Assembly: GCA_964276515.1 (NCBI GenBank)
Contig: OZ193909.1
Coordinates: 10,788,001 to 10,852,000 of the forward strand
Length of the DNA stretch: 64,000 nucleotides
DNA from: Gordius albopunctatus
Lineage: Eukaryota
Direction: 5' to 3'
Shown: positions 1-12,844 of the stretch, in pieces
How the letters are laid out: every line of letters starts with the position of its first letter
Position numbering within the stretch: position 1 is the stretch's first letter
Notes under the pieces: model-generated
What the model saw: only the letters and a program-made list of their open reading frames with translations
Databases searched by the model: none
Told to the model about the DNA's origin: nothing
Made by a program: the position numbers and the translations under genes

Positions 1-1292
1 ACCAACGAGATTTTCAAAGGTAGACATTCGAAACATTTTATTATTATGTGCCGCCTGAAATTATGATAGACTGACCTTTTTATAAATTAGGCTACTCGTC
101 GAAATTAATATGGACATTATTATTTGAGCAACGAATATTTTGTGCAGCAAAATTTTAAATCAATTTAGCTAGGGTAAATGTGGTATGCAATATTTTAGCT
201 AAATTTCATGCCCGAACCCACCCAAACCTTTTCTGTGTCCCCCCGACCAAACCCAAATTTTTAGAGCTACCCAAATTTTTTATTTAATTCTTGATTATTT
301 TTGATATGAATTACAGTTAATAAATATTATACGATCAAAAATGTGACAAAATAATACACGAAAAAAATATAATACATTAATTCTCATTGAGCCAGAATTG
401 CCTGAATCTTATTATGGTACCCGCCCGGGTCCGCATGAAAGTCTAATTTTAGGACAGTAGCCCGACCTGTGGGTCGGGGAGGGCGTGTAGCGGACTAGAC
501 AGGGTTCGGTTCTTTGTTGGGAATTATAGGGAGCAAATTTTTAGTTTCAAAGTTTTTACCGTTAATTCGATATATTTGTTTTTAAAGGTTCAATTACTTG
601 ACAATGCTTATGTACAAATTGTAAAAAACAGATAATCTTTTTAACCAAATGTAGTCTGCTCGAAGGCCTCTAAAAATGAATACATTTTCCAAATAGAATC
701 TATGATCTACATAAGTAAATACCTACAATGCAAAAACTATATGATTTTTATGACAAAAACATTACTAAATAACGTTTAAGCTAGGAAAACAGATGGTGCT
801 ATCAAGCACGTTAGATGTTTAGATGGATAAGTGGAATGGAAAAATTGATGGATTCTATGGAGGTTATAAATTATAAATTCTTAGTAATACATTCTTAGTT
901 TTTTTAGTGTTGAATAGATTACAACCTTTAAAGTTGCGGCAAAAAATTTTTAAAATAATTTTACGGATCAAGGTCAATATTGAAACACATATGAAACTCC
1001 ATCGACTGAATTGGTCGGAACATGGTATTAATAATATCTGTAAAGTCAAATTTAAAGTGGCATATTTATTTACCTAAGTTTGTAGGGGGCCGACCTAAAG
1101 TCTATGGAAAAACGGGTGGGATCGGACGGGCTTGTAAAAACCGATAGAGACTGGACGTCTTATTAATAATGGCCTGTTGCAAATCTCTAATGTGAATTAA
1201 AATTTTAAACCTCAAAATTGTCAAATAACTTTATTTTGTTATTTAAAAATAAAAGTAATTTATTGTCGTGAAGAATGAGTCACAATCACAAC

Positions 1293-2508
1293 CATGACGA
1301 ACCTTCTTAACAAGATATTGTTAGAAGAACGAATTCCTAATCAACTTATTTAGAAGCAAAGGAGACCGTCAAGACTGTAGCAATTACAGAGGTATTAAGC
1401 TAACTTGCCACTCCTTGAAGCGCATTGAAAGGATCTTATTAACCAAACTGAAAACTAGGTGGAAATATCGGCAAACCAATTCGGATTTGTGGCCGGCAAA
1501 TCCACAATCGATCCAATCTTCACACTAAGTCATATGATGGATATGGTGAAAAGAGGTTGGACCTACATATGGTCTTTATCGACTTGGAGAAAACTTATGA
1601 CACAGTCCCCCACTATTTAAAATGGCGGTGCATAAGAAAACAAAATATTCCTGACGCATATATACGGCTTATGAAAAATATTTATGAAGCCTCAAATTCT
1701 TGCGTTAGGACTCGGGTTAAAATTGACATCAAGGATCCACTTTAAGCCCCTTTTTATTTAATATAATTATAGACACGATAACGAACTACATTCAAAAACC
1801 ATCGCCATGATGTATGCTATATGTCGTTATTATATTACTATGCGAGGAAACAAGGGAGAAAGTATTGGAAGATATCGAAAAGTGGTAAAAGTGTTTAGCT
1901 GGATATGGTTTAAAGGTCAACGATCGAATAACGGTATACATGGAAATGAACGGTACTAGCAGGCGATCGCTGGATGACCATCTAAAGTACCTAAAAGTAG
2001 ACAGGTTTACATACCTCGGCTCGATGCTACATCAAGAGGGAGGTTGCGCAACGGAAGTCAATGCCCGGATCGAAAAAGGATGGCCTAAATGGCGAAGTAT
2101 ATCCGGTGTAATGTACGACAAGAAAATGTCGATATGGTTAAAGAACAAAGCCTAAAAATACATCATAAGACCTGTGTTACTCTATGAAATTTAAACATGG
2201 GCATTAAACACCATGGAAGGAAAGCTATTACAAGTCAAGTCACAGAGATGATAATGATACCTTGGAGCTAGGGGTATACTAAGCTCGACTATATGACAAT
2301 TGACTTTATCATAAAAAAAATGGGTATTCAACCTATGTCGGACATGAAGCGAAAATCGGCTAAGGTGGTATGGGCATATACTAAGAAGGGACACGAATGG
2401 CGCGAAAAGTACTGGATATGGAGGTGCCGGGGATAAAGTACTGAAAACAAAAGAGATTAGTCAGGATATGGCACTCACTCGGTCAAGATGGAAGATAAAG
2501 AAGAAGAG
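1293..2508 (+). mobile_element. RTE-clade LINE, 5'-truncated and degenerate (RT to 3' end); same family as 27640-30705
   Basis: Fragments DLHMVFIDLEKTYDTVP, KVDRFTYLGSMLHQEGGC and INARIEKGW-like VNARIEKGWPKWRSISGV closely match the reverse complement of 27700-29010. Many frameshifts and stops. Ends in an (AAG)n-like tail. Confidence 0.93.
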
Positions 2509-3477
2509 ATATATTTGTTCCATATTAATCGTTTTTTTCCAAGATTCGATCCAACTTCCCTAGTATTACGACTTTACTTTTTTAATCTTTTTAGAAACTG
2601 TCTAAGAAAAAGGTTCAGCATAGGGAAGTTTGTTAATTTGGCAGAACAGATGAGATAATGGAATACTTTTTCTAAAATGGTAATTTTTAATCTACATGTC
2701 AACCTGAGCTCTTTTGAAAGCCTTTTGCATTTCATCCCAAATCCTCCTACACCCAAACAAAAGACACTTTACTGAATATAAATTTCAACCTTCCTAAATT
2801 AAACCCACGTTCCTGAAATAACTAAATCTTTTATATTAAATCGAAAAATATGTTAAACCTAGCAGCTATAAAATAATTGACTTTGTTGTTAAAACAATTA
2901 ATTACCAAAAATGTTAATAAATGCATGACAGAGTCCTTAAAAAGGGCTTGATTTCCGCGTGATTCCCAGCGTTAAAACTTTTGTTATTATAATAACTTAA
3001 ATGAGCTTATTAATCTATTGCCTGTGATTAATAAAATAAAATATTTAGTCTGCACAAAATTACAATAATCTAAATATTCTAGACACTACAATTTTGACTA
3101 TTTTAATTCATATTTTCCTACCTTTTATAAATACAAAATCACATAATAACTGATCTAATTATTATCTAATATTTATTTGGATTAATGATCAAATAATATT
3201 AATAGCATAACTAATATGAAAATCATGATGTTTGTTTGCTATAAGACTACTGACAGGGATACAGTTATTTTATTTTATGATTTTTACGCATAAATATATT
3301 ATTAATTTAGCAAAATTGGCTTATAATAAGGTTCTTATATTTAACAAGTTTTTCAATATTACTCATTTATTATTTTTATAAAGAGAATTACATATTTTGT
3401 GAAGGTGAGATAAATAAATTAAAAAATTAGGAATCGTAAATATTGGGAAAACATTCAGTAATGGCTAATGAATTATA

Positions 3478-4640
3478 TTAACAGCTTGTTATGCCGATTT
3501 TCTGTCGTATAAAAAACGATTCGCGATTATGATGGTATAGTAATGAAATTTGTTTCCCTATTTTTTTAAAGAGTTGTAAGGCTTGAGGGCCGAAGGTTGT
3601 TAGGGTAGTTGTCGCAATGGGACAAAATATTATAGTAGTATTGTTAATTTCTGAGTATTTTGAGATTTTCAGAGCCTCGGCTGAAGACAAGGGATCTTTG
3701 TTGTGATTAGATGAGGCAAATACGTCAGTACCTGTATAGCCCCATGCTAAACTGAGTCCTTTTTTCCAAGCGCCTAAAGTTTGGCCATCGGGTCGTTTGT
3801 GGCCTGTGGGTTCGAGAATTGAGGGGAAACCAGCTTTGGTGAAATAGTTATGTATAAGTTTGTTAACCGCGGTATGTCGAAAGTAACGGGCTTTGTTGCG
3901 ATTAAAGGCCATGATGGCCATCCGATTTACGGAATTATTGCAAAGCGAACAAGTGTGTTCAGCAACTATATTGCATCCTAATCTTAGGCCTGCGAAGCGG
4001 AATTCGGTGTTGGATAAGAGAAGACCAACGTTACGGCTTGGAAAGCTTCGAGCCATTCGTGACCTGAGCGTGAAGCTAAGCTCCTAGGGCCATTAATAAG
4101 AGATATTAAGAGGCACTCAGACAGGGGGCCAATCCAACACTTTGAGTATGGACGTTAAAAAATTCCTTCCATTGTTGGAAGGCGACGTAAAATAAGTTGT
4201 CAGGTTGTGGGGTTAATGTTGAAAGGATGCTTTCATTCGAGAGGCGGCTTAATATAAATGCGGAAAGAGATACGGAGGCTATTGATCCTAAGCCTAGCCC
4301 CCCCCCCCCGTTTTGTTGGAAGGCAGGCTTGTCGCCATTGTGTGGAGCATAGGGTTTGATTGGTTATTTCTTTGGTTTAAGTCTTAAGTTCTGCATCAAA
4401 CTTAGACAAGGCCTCGTGATGTAAGAACACTGCAAAGGACCGGAAGCTGTACATTAATTTAGGAATTGAGTAGCAGTTTTTTATAAAAAAAAATGCTTGG
4501 TGGGGAGGAAGGTGTTTGAATAGGCTTTTCATGTCTGCTAGTCTGCGACTGGTTTTTTCTAACAATTTTAATATGGGATTAGAGCCTCCAATCGGGGATC
4601 CGAGTAGGGTCAAAAAGGAAGGATCTATTAATTTGTAAGA
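3478..4640 (-). mobile_element. CRE-like non-LTR retrotransposon remnant (end of RT, Zn-knuckle, restriction-like endonuclease)
   Basis: LLGSPIG...PKLMYSFR (RT thumb), FRFAGLRLG..HTCSLC, RHTAVNK, LEPTGHKRPDG...WKKG.SLAW (RLE-type motif order). Frameshifted. Confidence 0.75.
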
Positions 4641-4770
4641 TAATTGGTCTTGATTGCCAATAAGAGGTGTATCAAGGGGACAAGTTCTAATTTTTTTAAT
4701 AACAAAGGGGATATAAAATTCTAGAATAAATCTTGATTAAATTTGCAAATCTACTAATTCCGATAAAACT

Positions 4771-5073
4771 CTGCTCATGGTATATCATGAATTAATTAAG
4801 AACTAGCTCGTTCCTCCCTTTTTGCTCTTTCTCCCTCCCCAATAGAGCTATGGGACAAAAGGGAAGGAGGGAGATTTGCCCTCCCACTCATGCAGAGGCA
4901 AAAGGAGGAAAAGATTTACCCCCCTTCCCTTATCCTCGGGGGGGGGGGCAAGAGAGGGGGGGGGGAGATTTGTCTTTCCCCCCTTTTGCTTAAAAGGGGG
5001 AAATCAGATTAGGTAAGGAGGGCAAAGGGTGGGAGAAGAATTCTTGTTTTATTTATGATATACCATGAGCAGA
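4771..5073. mobile_element. MITE-like fold-back element with purine/pyrimidine-rich core
   Basis: ctctgctcatggtatatcat at 4771 is inverted to atgatataccatgagcaga near 5054-5072. Interior has G/C runs. Confidence 0.65.
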
Positions 5074-5357
5074 TTCTTAAAGTTACTAGCTCTTAGCAAT
5101 TTCTTCTATTAAATCGGCGATCTGACAGAGTTTCTGTTCGATCAATCTGCTCATTGCTTGAACGGAATTTGCTGTTTCGACTCCGCCTCTAAAGCATTTT
5201 TATATGCTACTATAGCCTCGTGCAAAGTCTATCACGCACAAATTCTGCTATACGCGCTTATTAAATAACTCTGTGTGCTTGCTCGCGTCTGGAGATTAAG
5301 CAAGTAAGCAATTAAACAACACTACAAATAAAGTATGTCATAACACTTTTTTTTAAT

Positions 5358-6366
5358 TTTCAACCCGAGCCCAACCCGACCCGAAAGCATTCCAAAATTT
5401 TCAATCCGAAACATACCCGACCCGAAAGCATTTTAAAATTTTTAACCCGGCCCGACCCGAAAGCGTTTAAATTTTTTAACCCGGCCCGACCCGAAAGCGT
5501 TTAAATTTTTTTACCGAATCCTTCAACGCGTTTCAAGTTTTGGTATTCAATGCGAGTGTAAGAAAAATCACGATGTGCATGATGGGCATAGCCAGGGGGT
5601 GGCAGGGACGGGTGGCTGCCCCCTCTAACTGCAAAAAATCTTAGAAATTTTATCAAATTATGTCTAAAATTAAAAAAAATGATTATTTTGCCCTTTCTTT
5701 AATGATTATGGCCCCACTCCCCATGGCGGTGTGAAAAAATTATTCGACAAATTAAAGTGCGATTTGCAAAACGAATTGATACCACAGATTTTCATTACTA
5801 AATTTATTTGAATGATTTATTATAGAGAGATATAAATATGATAGCATGTACAATATTGTGTCACATTTAATTTAAAATATATAGTTTTGCAAATGAACCA
5901 TTTAATGAATTTAAACTTACTTTTATTTGTTTTATGAATATCTATTCATGTAGTTTAAATTAATAATGAACTACCACTTTACATTATTTAAATACAGTTT
6001 GAAAATATTATTTTGTTGCTATATTTTACCTCTCACGAGTCGAATTTAAAATTGCGTCCAAATTAAAACAATCAGATTTAAAAAAACAAAAGGAATTTAA
6101 TTAACTGAATGAATGATCTTCAATTATACATTTTCATATGAATTAAAAAATATTTATATATATTAGCATTAATTAAAAACAAATTACCCGTATATTTTGC
6201 ATTATAATATTCATAACCTTTGACCCGACACTTTAAATCTAACCCGACCCGACCCGAAAGCATATTAAAATTTTGAACCCGAACCCGACCCAAAAGCATT
6301 TCAAAATTTTCAACCCGAACCCCACCCAGCCCGGTTCGGGTCTCGGGTCACCCGTGCAGTTCTCTA
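5358..6366. mobile_element. hAT-type non-autonomous element remnant with CCCGA subterminal repeats; small GC-rich MITE piece nested near 5581-5715
   Basis: Tandem acccgacccgaaagc units at 5362-5500 and 6241-6330. Right terminus ...gtgcagttctcta resembles the TAGAG..TGCA termini of other elements in this window. Left terminus not found. Confidence 0.55.
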
Positions 6367-6759
6367 CTATCCCTATTAAAGGACCAGTGCCTAAATCAAA
6401 GCGTCACCAATTTTATCCCGACAAACTTAAGATATATTTATTCACATGCTAGAATTTAGCATTGTTTCACCTTAGCTCCTCTCTCCTGTATCCCCAAAGT
6501 TTTGATTTGTTGCCAAGTATTATGGCTAAATCTATTTGTCCAATACGGAGATGGACAAATCAGAAAACTTTATTAACAACCAAATTTAGTTGGTTTAACT
6601 AACTTATCTAAACTGATATTAAAATAATGTGTGAAAATTAATTTTTTGGAAAAGGTCCAGAGCCTTTCCTTCGTATACAATAACAAATTTAAATGGTTAA
6701 AAATTTAGCCGATATTATCGGAATTTGTAAGTTGAACAATTAATAATTTATAAACAATT

Positions 6760-9400
6760 TTTAGGCGATGGGTATCGGTAAACTTAAACTATACCAGTCT
6801 TCAAAGATTTACGGCTATGGTAAAATAAAACGGTTATTACAAAACTTGGTAAAAGTAATGTGAAGGTGGAAGTTGATGGTATAACAAAATACTTAGTTTT
6901 TACATCATCAAAGGTAAAGGTTCAGCGATTTTTGGCATGCCATTTATTTCAGAATTTAATTTAATATTAGCGAAATCGGTTTGCTTAAATTCTATCATTG
7001 AGACACCTTGAAATGTACATGATGTTATTAAAAAATTTCCTCACATTTTTTCCGACAAATTAGGAAAAGTCAAGGATTTTAAAGAAACGCTCGAAGTCAA
7101 TGATAATGCGATTCCCAAAATGTTTGCAGCGAGAAGGGTATCGTCACTACGACAAGCAGTCGAGGAAGAACTTCATCGGTTACTGAACTAAGACGTCATG
7201 GAAAAAATTAATCCATCTTTAACGCCAATTAAATGGGCTACCTCAACTGTCAATGTAAAGAAGAAAACAGGGCAAGTCAGAATTTGTGGCGATTTTCGAT
7301 TAACCGTTAATCAATATTTGGCTAAAGATCAGGATGTATTACCTACGTTCAGCGATTTTGCTGAAAGAATAGCCGGAGGTAAAATTTTCTCAATTATAGA
7401 TTTAAAAGACGAGTTCCTACAAATTGAACTTGATGAAAAAAGTAGGACGTATTTAAACATAGCAGCGCATGTAGGATATTTTCGTTATAAGCGATTACCG
7501 TTTGGGCTTACAACTGCACCAATCATCTTTCATAGGTTCATGAGACAATTGGTTGACAACATACTTGGGGTGAGCGTCTTTATGGAAGATTTAATAGTAA
7601 GCGGTAAGAACGAAAAGGATAATTTAGAAAATGTATTAAAAGTATCAAATACTTTTCAAAATGTCGGTTTAACAACATCTACGAAACAAATGCAACTTTT
7701 TAAAAAGTCTGTAAAGTACTTAGGACATGTAATAAATAGTCAAGGTATAACACCAAGTGAGGATAAAGTTTTAGAAATTAAAAGTTTCAAAACACCAGAA
7801 AACAAAAAGGAATTCGTTGATTTAGTTAAATATCTGGAAACGTTTATTCCTAAGCTTCAAATATATTGTGCGCCATTATATAAACTCACTTCTAAGAACA
7901 CAAAATGGTTATGGGGCGAAATGGAAAATTTAACATTTGAAAAGGTTCGCAATATTTTTCAAACAAAAAAAAACAATAGTGCCTTATCAAAAATATTTGC
8001 CTAATATAATTTCGATAGACGCGTCAGATTTAGGTTTAGAGGCAGTTATAGCGCATAAGTTTTCCTCTGGTCAAAATAACCTATTGCCTACGCCTCTCGT
8101 TCTCTCGCTGAGAAAAATTATTCAGTCATAGATAGAGTAGCATCAGCCCTAATGTATGCGATTAATAAATTCCATCAGTATATTTACGGTCTTAAATTCA
8201 CTATACAAACAGACAATCACCCTCTCATATATATTTTTGGAAAAACAAGAGATCTTAGTAAAATAACCAATAATCGAGTATTAAGATGGACGATAAAATT
8301 ATTACAATAGGATTATGAAATAAAATATATCCCGGGGCAGTCTAATCAGTCTGCGGATGAGCTCTCACGTTTGTGTCTAAAAGATTCTCCTCATAACCTA
8401 AATATTAAAAATGATATACGGCAAATTAAAATACAGTTAATAAATTATTTAACCTTAAACCTAAAGAACCTTGTTGAAGAGACAGTAAGACACCGAATTA
8501 AGGCTCTCAAATAATGAAAACGTACGAAAATACGTTCAATTAAAATATTACATTTCTTTCAAAAACAACCTTTTATATTATAAAAATCGACTAATAGTAC
8601 CAAAGAAATTAAGGTCAAACATTTTTAATATTTTACACGATAGCCATCCGGAAATTTTGATGCCGATATTGAAAAATACGTTAATGCTTGTAAATTTTAC
8701 CGAGTTGAAAGACCTAATATTAAATAAGTGCTATTATACGCTTGGGACGCTCCAAACAAGCCATGGGAACGGGTCCACATAGACTTGGTGGCTCCTACTT
8801 ATAAGAAATACTGGTTGGTATGTATCGACACTTTTACGAAATTGCCCGAGGTAATGGTAATTAGAGAGATTAATTCGACAAATATGATCCAAAATTTAAG
8901 AACAATATTTGAGCGTTTTGGGTTACCCAGATATATAGTTAGTGACAATGGGCCCCTGTTTAAATCCATGGAATTTAAAATATTTTGTAAAAACAATGGT
9001 ATTGTACATTTTACGGGGGCTCCTTACCACCCAAAACAAATGGTCTTGCGGAGAGGTACATTAGAACGATAAAAAGTAAATTTTTTGCTAACAAAAAGTC
9101 GGAGGAAACGACTCATTAAATTTGCTACAAGTACTTATGAGCATGCGAACGAGCCAAGAAAACGACTCGCGAGAAGGTTGAAGTATCCCTTTGGAATCAA
9201 AAGTATTACAAAAACAGGTGGACAGAGGAAAGATGTTTCGAACCCGAGCAACCAGTATGGGTACACAACGACACAAGTCCTGGCTGGAGGGAAGGATTTA
9301 TAGACGCACAAACAAGTGCGACAACATATGATGTTAACATAGACGGAAGTACAAGAAGAAAACACGGGGATCAACTAAGGGAAAGAAAAACACTAGATCA
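6760..9400 (+). mobile_element. Ty3/Gypsy LTR retrotransposon pol remnant (RT, RNase H, integrase)
   Basis: RICGDFRLTVN, FSIIDLK, YKRLPFGL, degenerate YxDD (FMEDL), VKYLGHVI; RNase H IDASDLGL; integrase PWERVHID, SDNGP, PYHP. Order RT-RH-INT; stops and frameshifts. Confidence 0.93.
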
Positions 9401-9499
9401 ATGTGCGATCTCTGAAAGAAACATTCTAAATGACAAAAGTGTATCAAAACCACCTTATCGCTATGATGGGAGTCATCTTTGAATGAAGGAATAAAGTAA

Positions 9500-9651
9500 T
9501 GTAGTATTGTAATTTTTCGTTGTAATTGTTTTGTTATGTTCTAGAAATGTGTATTCGATTCGAAGCTTAACTAATAAACTATTATCTTTATATGATGAGT
9601 ATTATATCGATGTTATCCCCTTGCGAATAATCCAATTGTGAAGATACTATA
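9500..9651 (+). repeat. Possible 3' LTR of the Gypsy remnant
   Basis: Purine-rich tract 9481-9499 followed by TGTAGTAT...ATACTATA inverted ends, with an AATAAA inside. No 5' LTR seen. Confidence 0.35.
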
Positions 9652-9867
9652 TGTCTCAGTGTAACTCGTTCTTCAAATAGGAGTCGAGCAAAGGGTGCAT
9701 GATGTCCTCCTTGGGAATCTTGCGAAAGATAGCAGGTTCCCTCAATGATAGCCTTCTTGATCTTAACAAGCTTTTAGCTCCAAGAATTTTCTAGTGACAT
9801 TCTTTCTAACATCTTGTTATCCTGCTAATGTGTAATGTTCTAAAGAACCCATATAAAGGTGTTACTA

Positions 9868-10110
9868 ATATTAAATGAGGAATTGGCTGCCCTCGGGACC
9901 TAAATTACCGAGGGTCGTAGCTACTACTGGTACAAAAATAATATTTCCGAGATATTTGTATTTTTCCACTTTCTTTCTCTCAGTAGAAGAGATGAGGTCG
10001 GGAGAGGCGTTAGATTTGGCAAATATATCTACTGTAGTGAAGTCCCAGCAGGCGTTTAGGCCACGAGCCCACGGGATGATCGTTACACCGTCGGACACGA
10101 TACCGAAGAA
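9868..10110 (-). mobile_element. Second CRE-like RLE endonuclease fragment
   Basis: SDGVTIIPWARGLNACWDFT...ERKKVEKY..L..IIFVPVVATTLG parallels the C-terminus of the 3478-4056 ORF. Confidence 0.7.
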
Positions 10111-10485
10111 TTTTTCTACATCAACCAGAAAATCACCATGGAAATCGTGAAATCGAATACAATCGAATCTATGGCTCGATGCCAGCTTATTAATTTTATA
10201 TATTTTAGCATATTACATACATAATTATTTGGAAATAAACTTTGATTGATTCATATTAAATGAAGGAGCTTAATTTTATAACTTTTTTGTACCAGGTAGG
10301 GGTTACCAATTTTAAAGAGCATCAGGATATTGGTTTTAATTAAATATCCATACTTTAAATATAAAAAAGATCAAAGGACTTGGATAGGACAATAGTTCCA
10401 AGCAATCAGCTGTTAGTCTATCCTGGTTATTAAAATTAAAATTGTATTCTAGATTTAATATGATTACCCTTTTATGTTTTAAGGC

Positions 10486-12434
10486 CAGTGGCGTAAATAA
10501 GGAAAATTCCCCCCCCCCGAAAAAAAATTATTTTAGATCTAATGTTTATATTTTATAGTTGTGCAACGTAACTGACCAAGTAAGACACTTATTAATTGCT
10601 ATGCATGCACTTTATTAAATATATACCGATATATACTTTTTTATTTTTGAATCAAATTTGGACAAAAAGACTATTAACTATTATTGTTGTTTTCCTTTTG
10701 CGATATGAAACGCTGCAACTTTGCTCACTGCATTACGACAATGTAAATATATTATTTCCCTTCTATGCCTAAATAAACTCTTTGGCATATTATGCAAGCA
10801 ATTGCAAAAAAATGCAAGTCACACAGTTAGCCGAAGCTTTAGTAAATCAAATGAAATTAATAAGAAACAATGTTGATGAAGGGTTTCGGGAAATTTTTTT
10901 AGTAGCCAAAGCTAAGGCTAAGTTGTATGATTTTGACCTTAAGAAACCCGAAATAATATTTTAACTGAATCCATTGAGGATTATTACAAAATCACTATTT
11001 TTATACCTTTGCTCGATATGTTCATTCTACAACTCGATGAACAATTCGTGGACAAGAAACAAGTTTTGGCAAATTTCCAAATATTATTTCCTTCGAATTC
11101 TTTGATTGTTTCGCCAGAAACGCGGATGAAAATAAACTTTCTATGTTACTTTTATTCCAGTGATCTTAAGGGGACAAACAAAGACCTAAAATAAGAATTT
11201 GATAGTATATGGTATATGGCGTTGTCTTAGACGTCAGAAGAATTTTGTCCAAAGAATCCCTTGGACGCCCTATCAGGTTATAAAATATTAGAATCTTTAC
11301 CCATCATCACAACTCTTCTTTACCTATTAGCTTGTCTACCTATCTCTACATGCACCAACGAAAGAAGTTTCTCAACGTTGAGGAGGCTTAAAATGTATAA
11401 AAGAAATACTATGTCAAAAAATAGATTAAATGGATTGGCCCTTTTAGCAATTCATCGGGAATTAGCTCCGACTCCAGATGAAGTTCTTGAGATATTTTCG
11501 CTGAGAAAAGGAGAATATAAAATCATTTTATAATGACTTTCTTTATTTAATTTTAACGTTGAAATAAAAATGGTATAAAAAAGGGCCACTCCATTTCATC
11601 TATTTTTTGACATAGTATTTCTCATATAAAAGCTAATAGGTAAAGAAGAGTTGTGATGTTTGGCAAAGATTACAATATTTTATAATCTGATACGGTGTCC
11701 AAGGGTTTCTTTAGACGAAATCCTTCTATAATTTATTTTCATTCGCGTTTCTGGCAAAACAATCAAAGAATTCAGAGGTAATATTATTTAAAAATTTGCC
11801 AATTTTCTTTGGATATCGAGGTTCTTTAATTTCAAAATCATACAACTTAGCCTTAAGTTTAACTACTATTCCTAAAGTTTCTACTAACTGTCCAACTTGC
11901 TGAAGATCTAGGTGCTTTAAAGTTGCAGCTTTGTTGCAACATCGTGATCATACCAGCTTGCTTCAATTTCTCCTTATTTGTTTTATCTTCCATTTCTGAC
12001 AACATTTCAATTCATATTTCTGGCTCCATCATATCCCTGGCCTCTTAACAAATTTATATTTATATTAATATCTTTTATGCTCTTTATAATTAAGTCGCCT
12101 AGCCCTCTTCCAGTCGTATCACAAACTGTAAAAAATCTTCTTTTATTGTTAATGTAGAAAATTCAATAATTTGAGCACACCAATTAGGTCATTACAAATT
12201 GATATAACCTTATTTTGAAAGTGAGGACTTAAGTAGTAGCATGGTACCTTAAAAGAGCTATAAAATTGCGATCACCAGATGACGTTGGGAAAAAGAAAAT
12301 ATTAAATTATTTAAATAGAATTTCTTTATGTTTTATAGCAGATTTTATAATTTTGATGTTGAAATAAAAATTTTATAAAATTTTTTTGGAAATTTGCCCC
12401 CCCCCCCGGAGAGAAAATCCTGGCTACGCGCCTG
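10486..12434 (+). mobile_element. hAT DNA transposon, internally deleted and rearranged, with C-terminal dimerisation (hATC) remnant
   Basis: Termini CAGTGGCGTA / TACGCGCCTG; 8-bp TSD tttaaggc / tttaagac. ORF 11261-11533 LPISTCTNERSFSTLRRLKMYKRNTMSKNRLNGLALL. Confidence 0.9.
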
Positions 12435-12844
12435 TTTAAGACTAATTTTTTATTTACTTGCATTAATACGACCTCTCCGTTAACCTTTCCTCGTGAAAAA
12501 AACAAATCGCCGCGTTACCAAAAAGTATAATCCAGCTAGGCCACTCGTGGACGCTATTAACACACCAGATTGACGAACAAATGATAATTATTAAGTAAGC
12601 TGTATAGATATCCGTGCTTAAGGCATGTAATTACAACCAAACATTATTTATATTTGGGAGATAATATTATCCCTAAGAGCAAAATTAGCGCAATCTATAA
12701 TATTTTTTAGTCATACATTTAAATATGTCTTAAAATAGCGCTCTATGTATAAAAAAATTGATCAGCTGTTTATAAATAACATGAAATTTTACAAATAGCA
12801 AATATAATTATTTTACTCAATTCAATTTTTTTTGGGAAGGCATT

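Noticed and set aside
2574..2756. 60-aa minus-strand ORF with GVGGFG
   Set aside because: Too short and isolated to assign; possibly a retroelement scrap.
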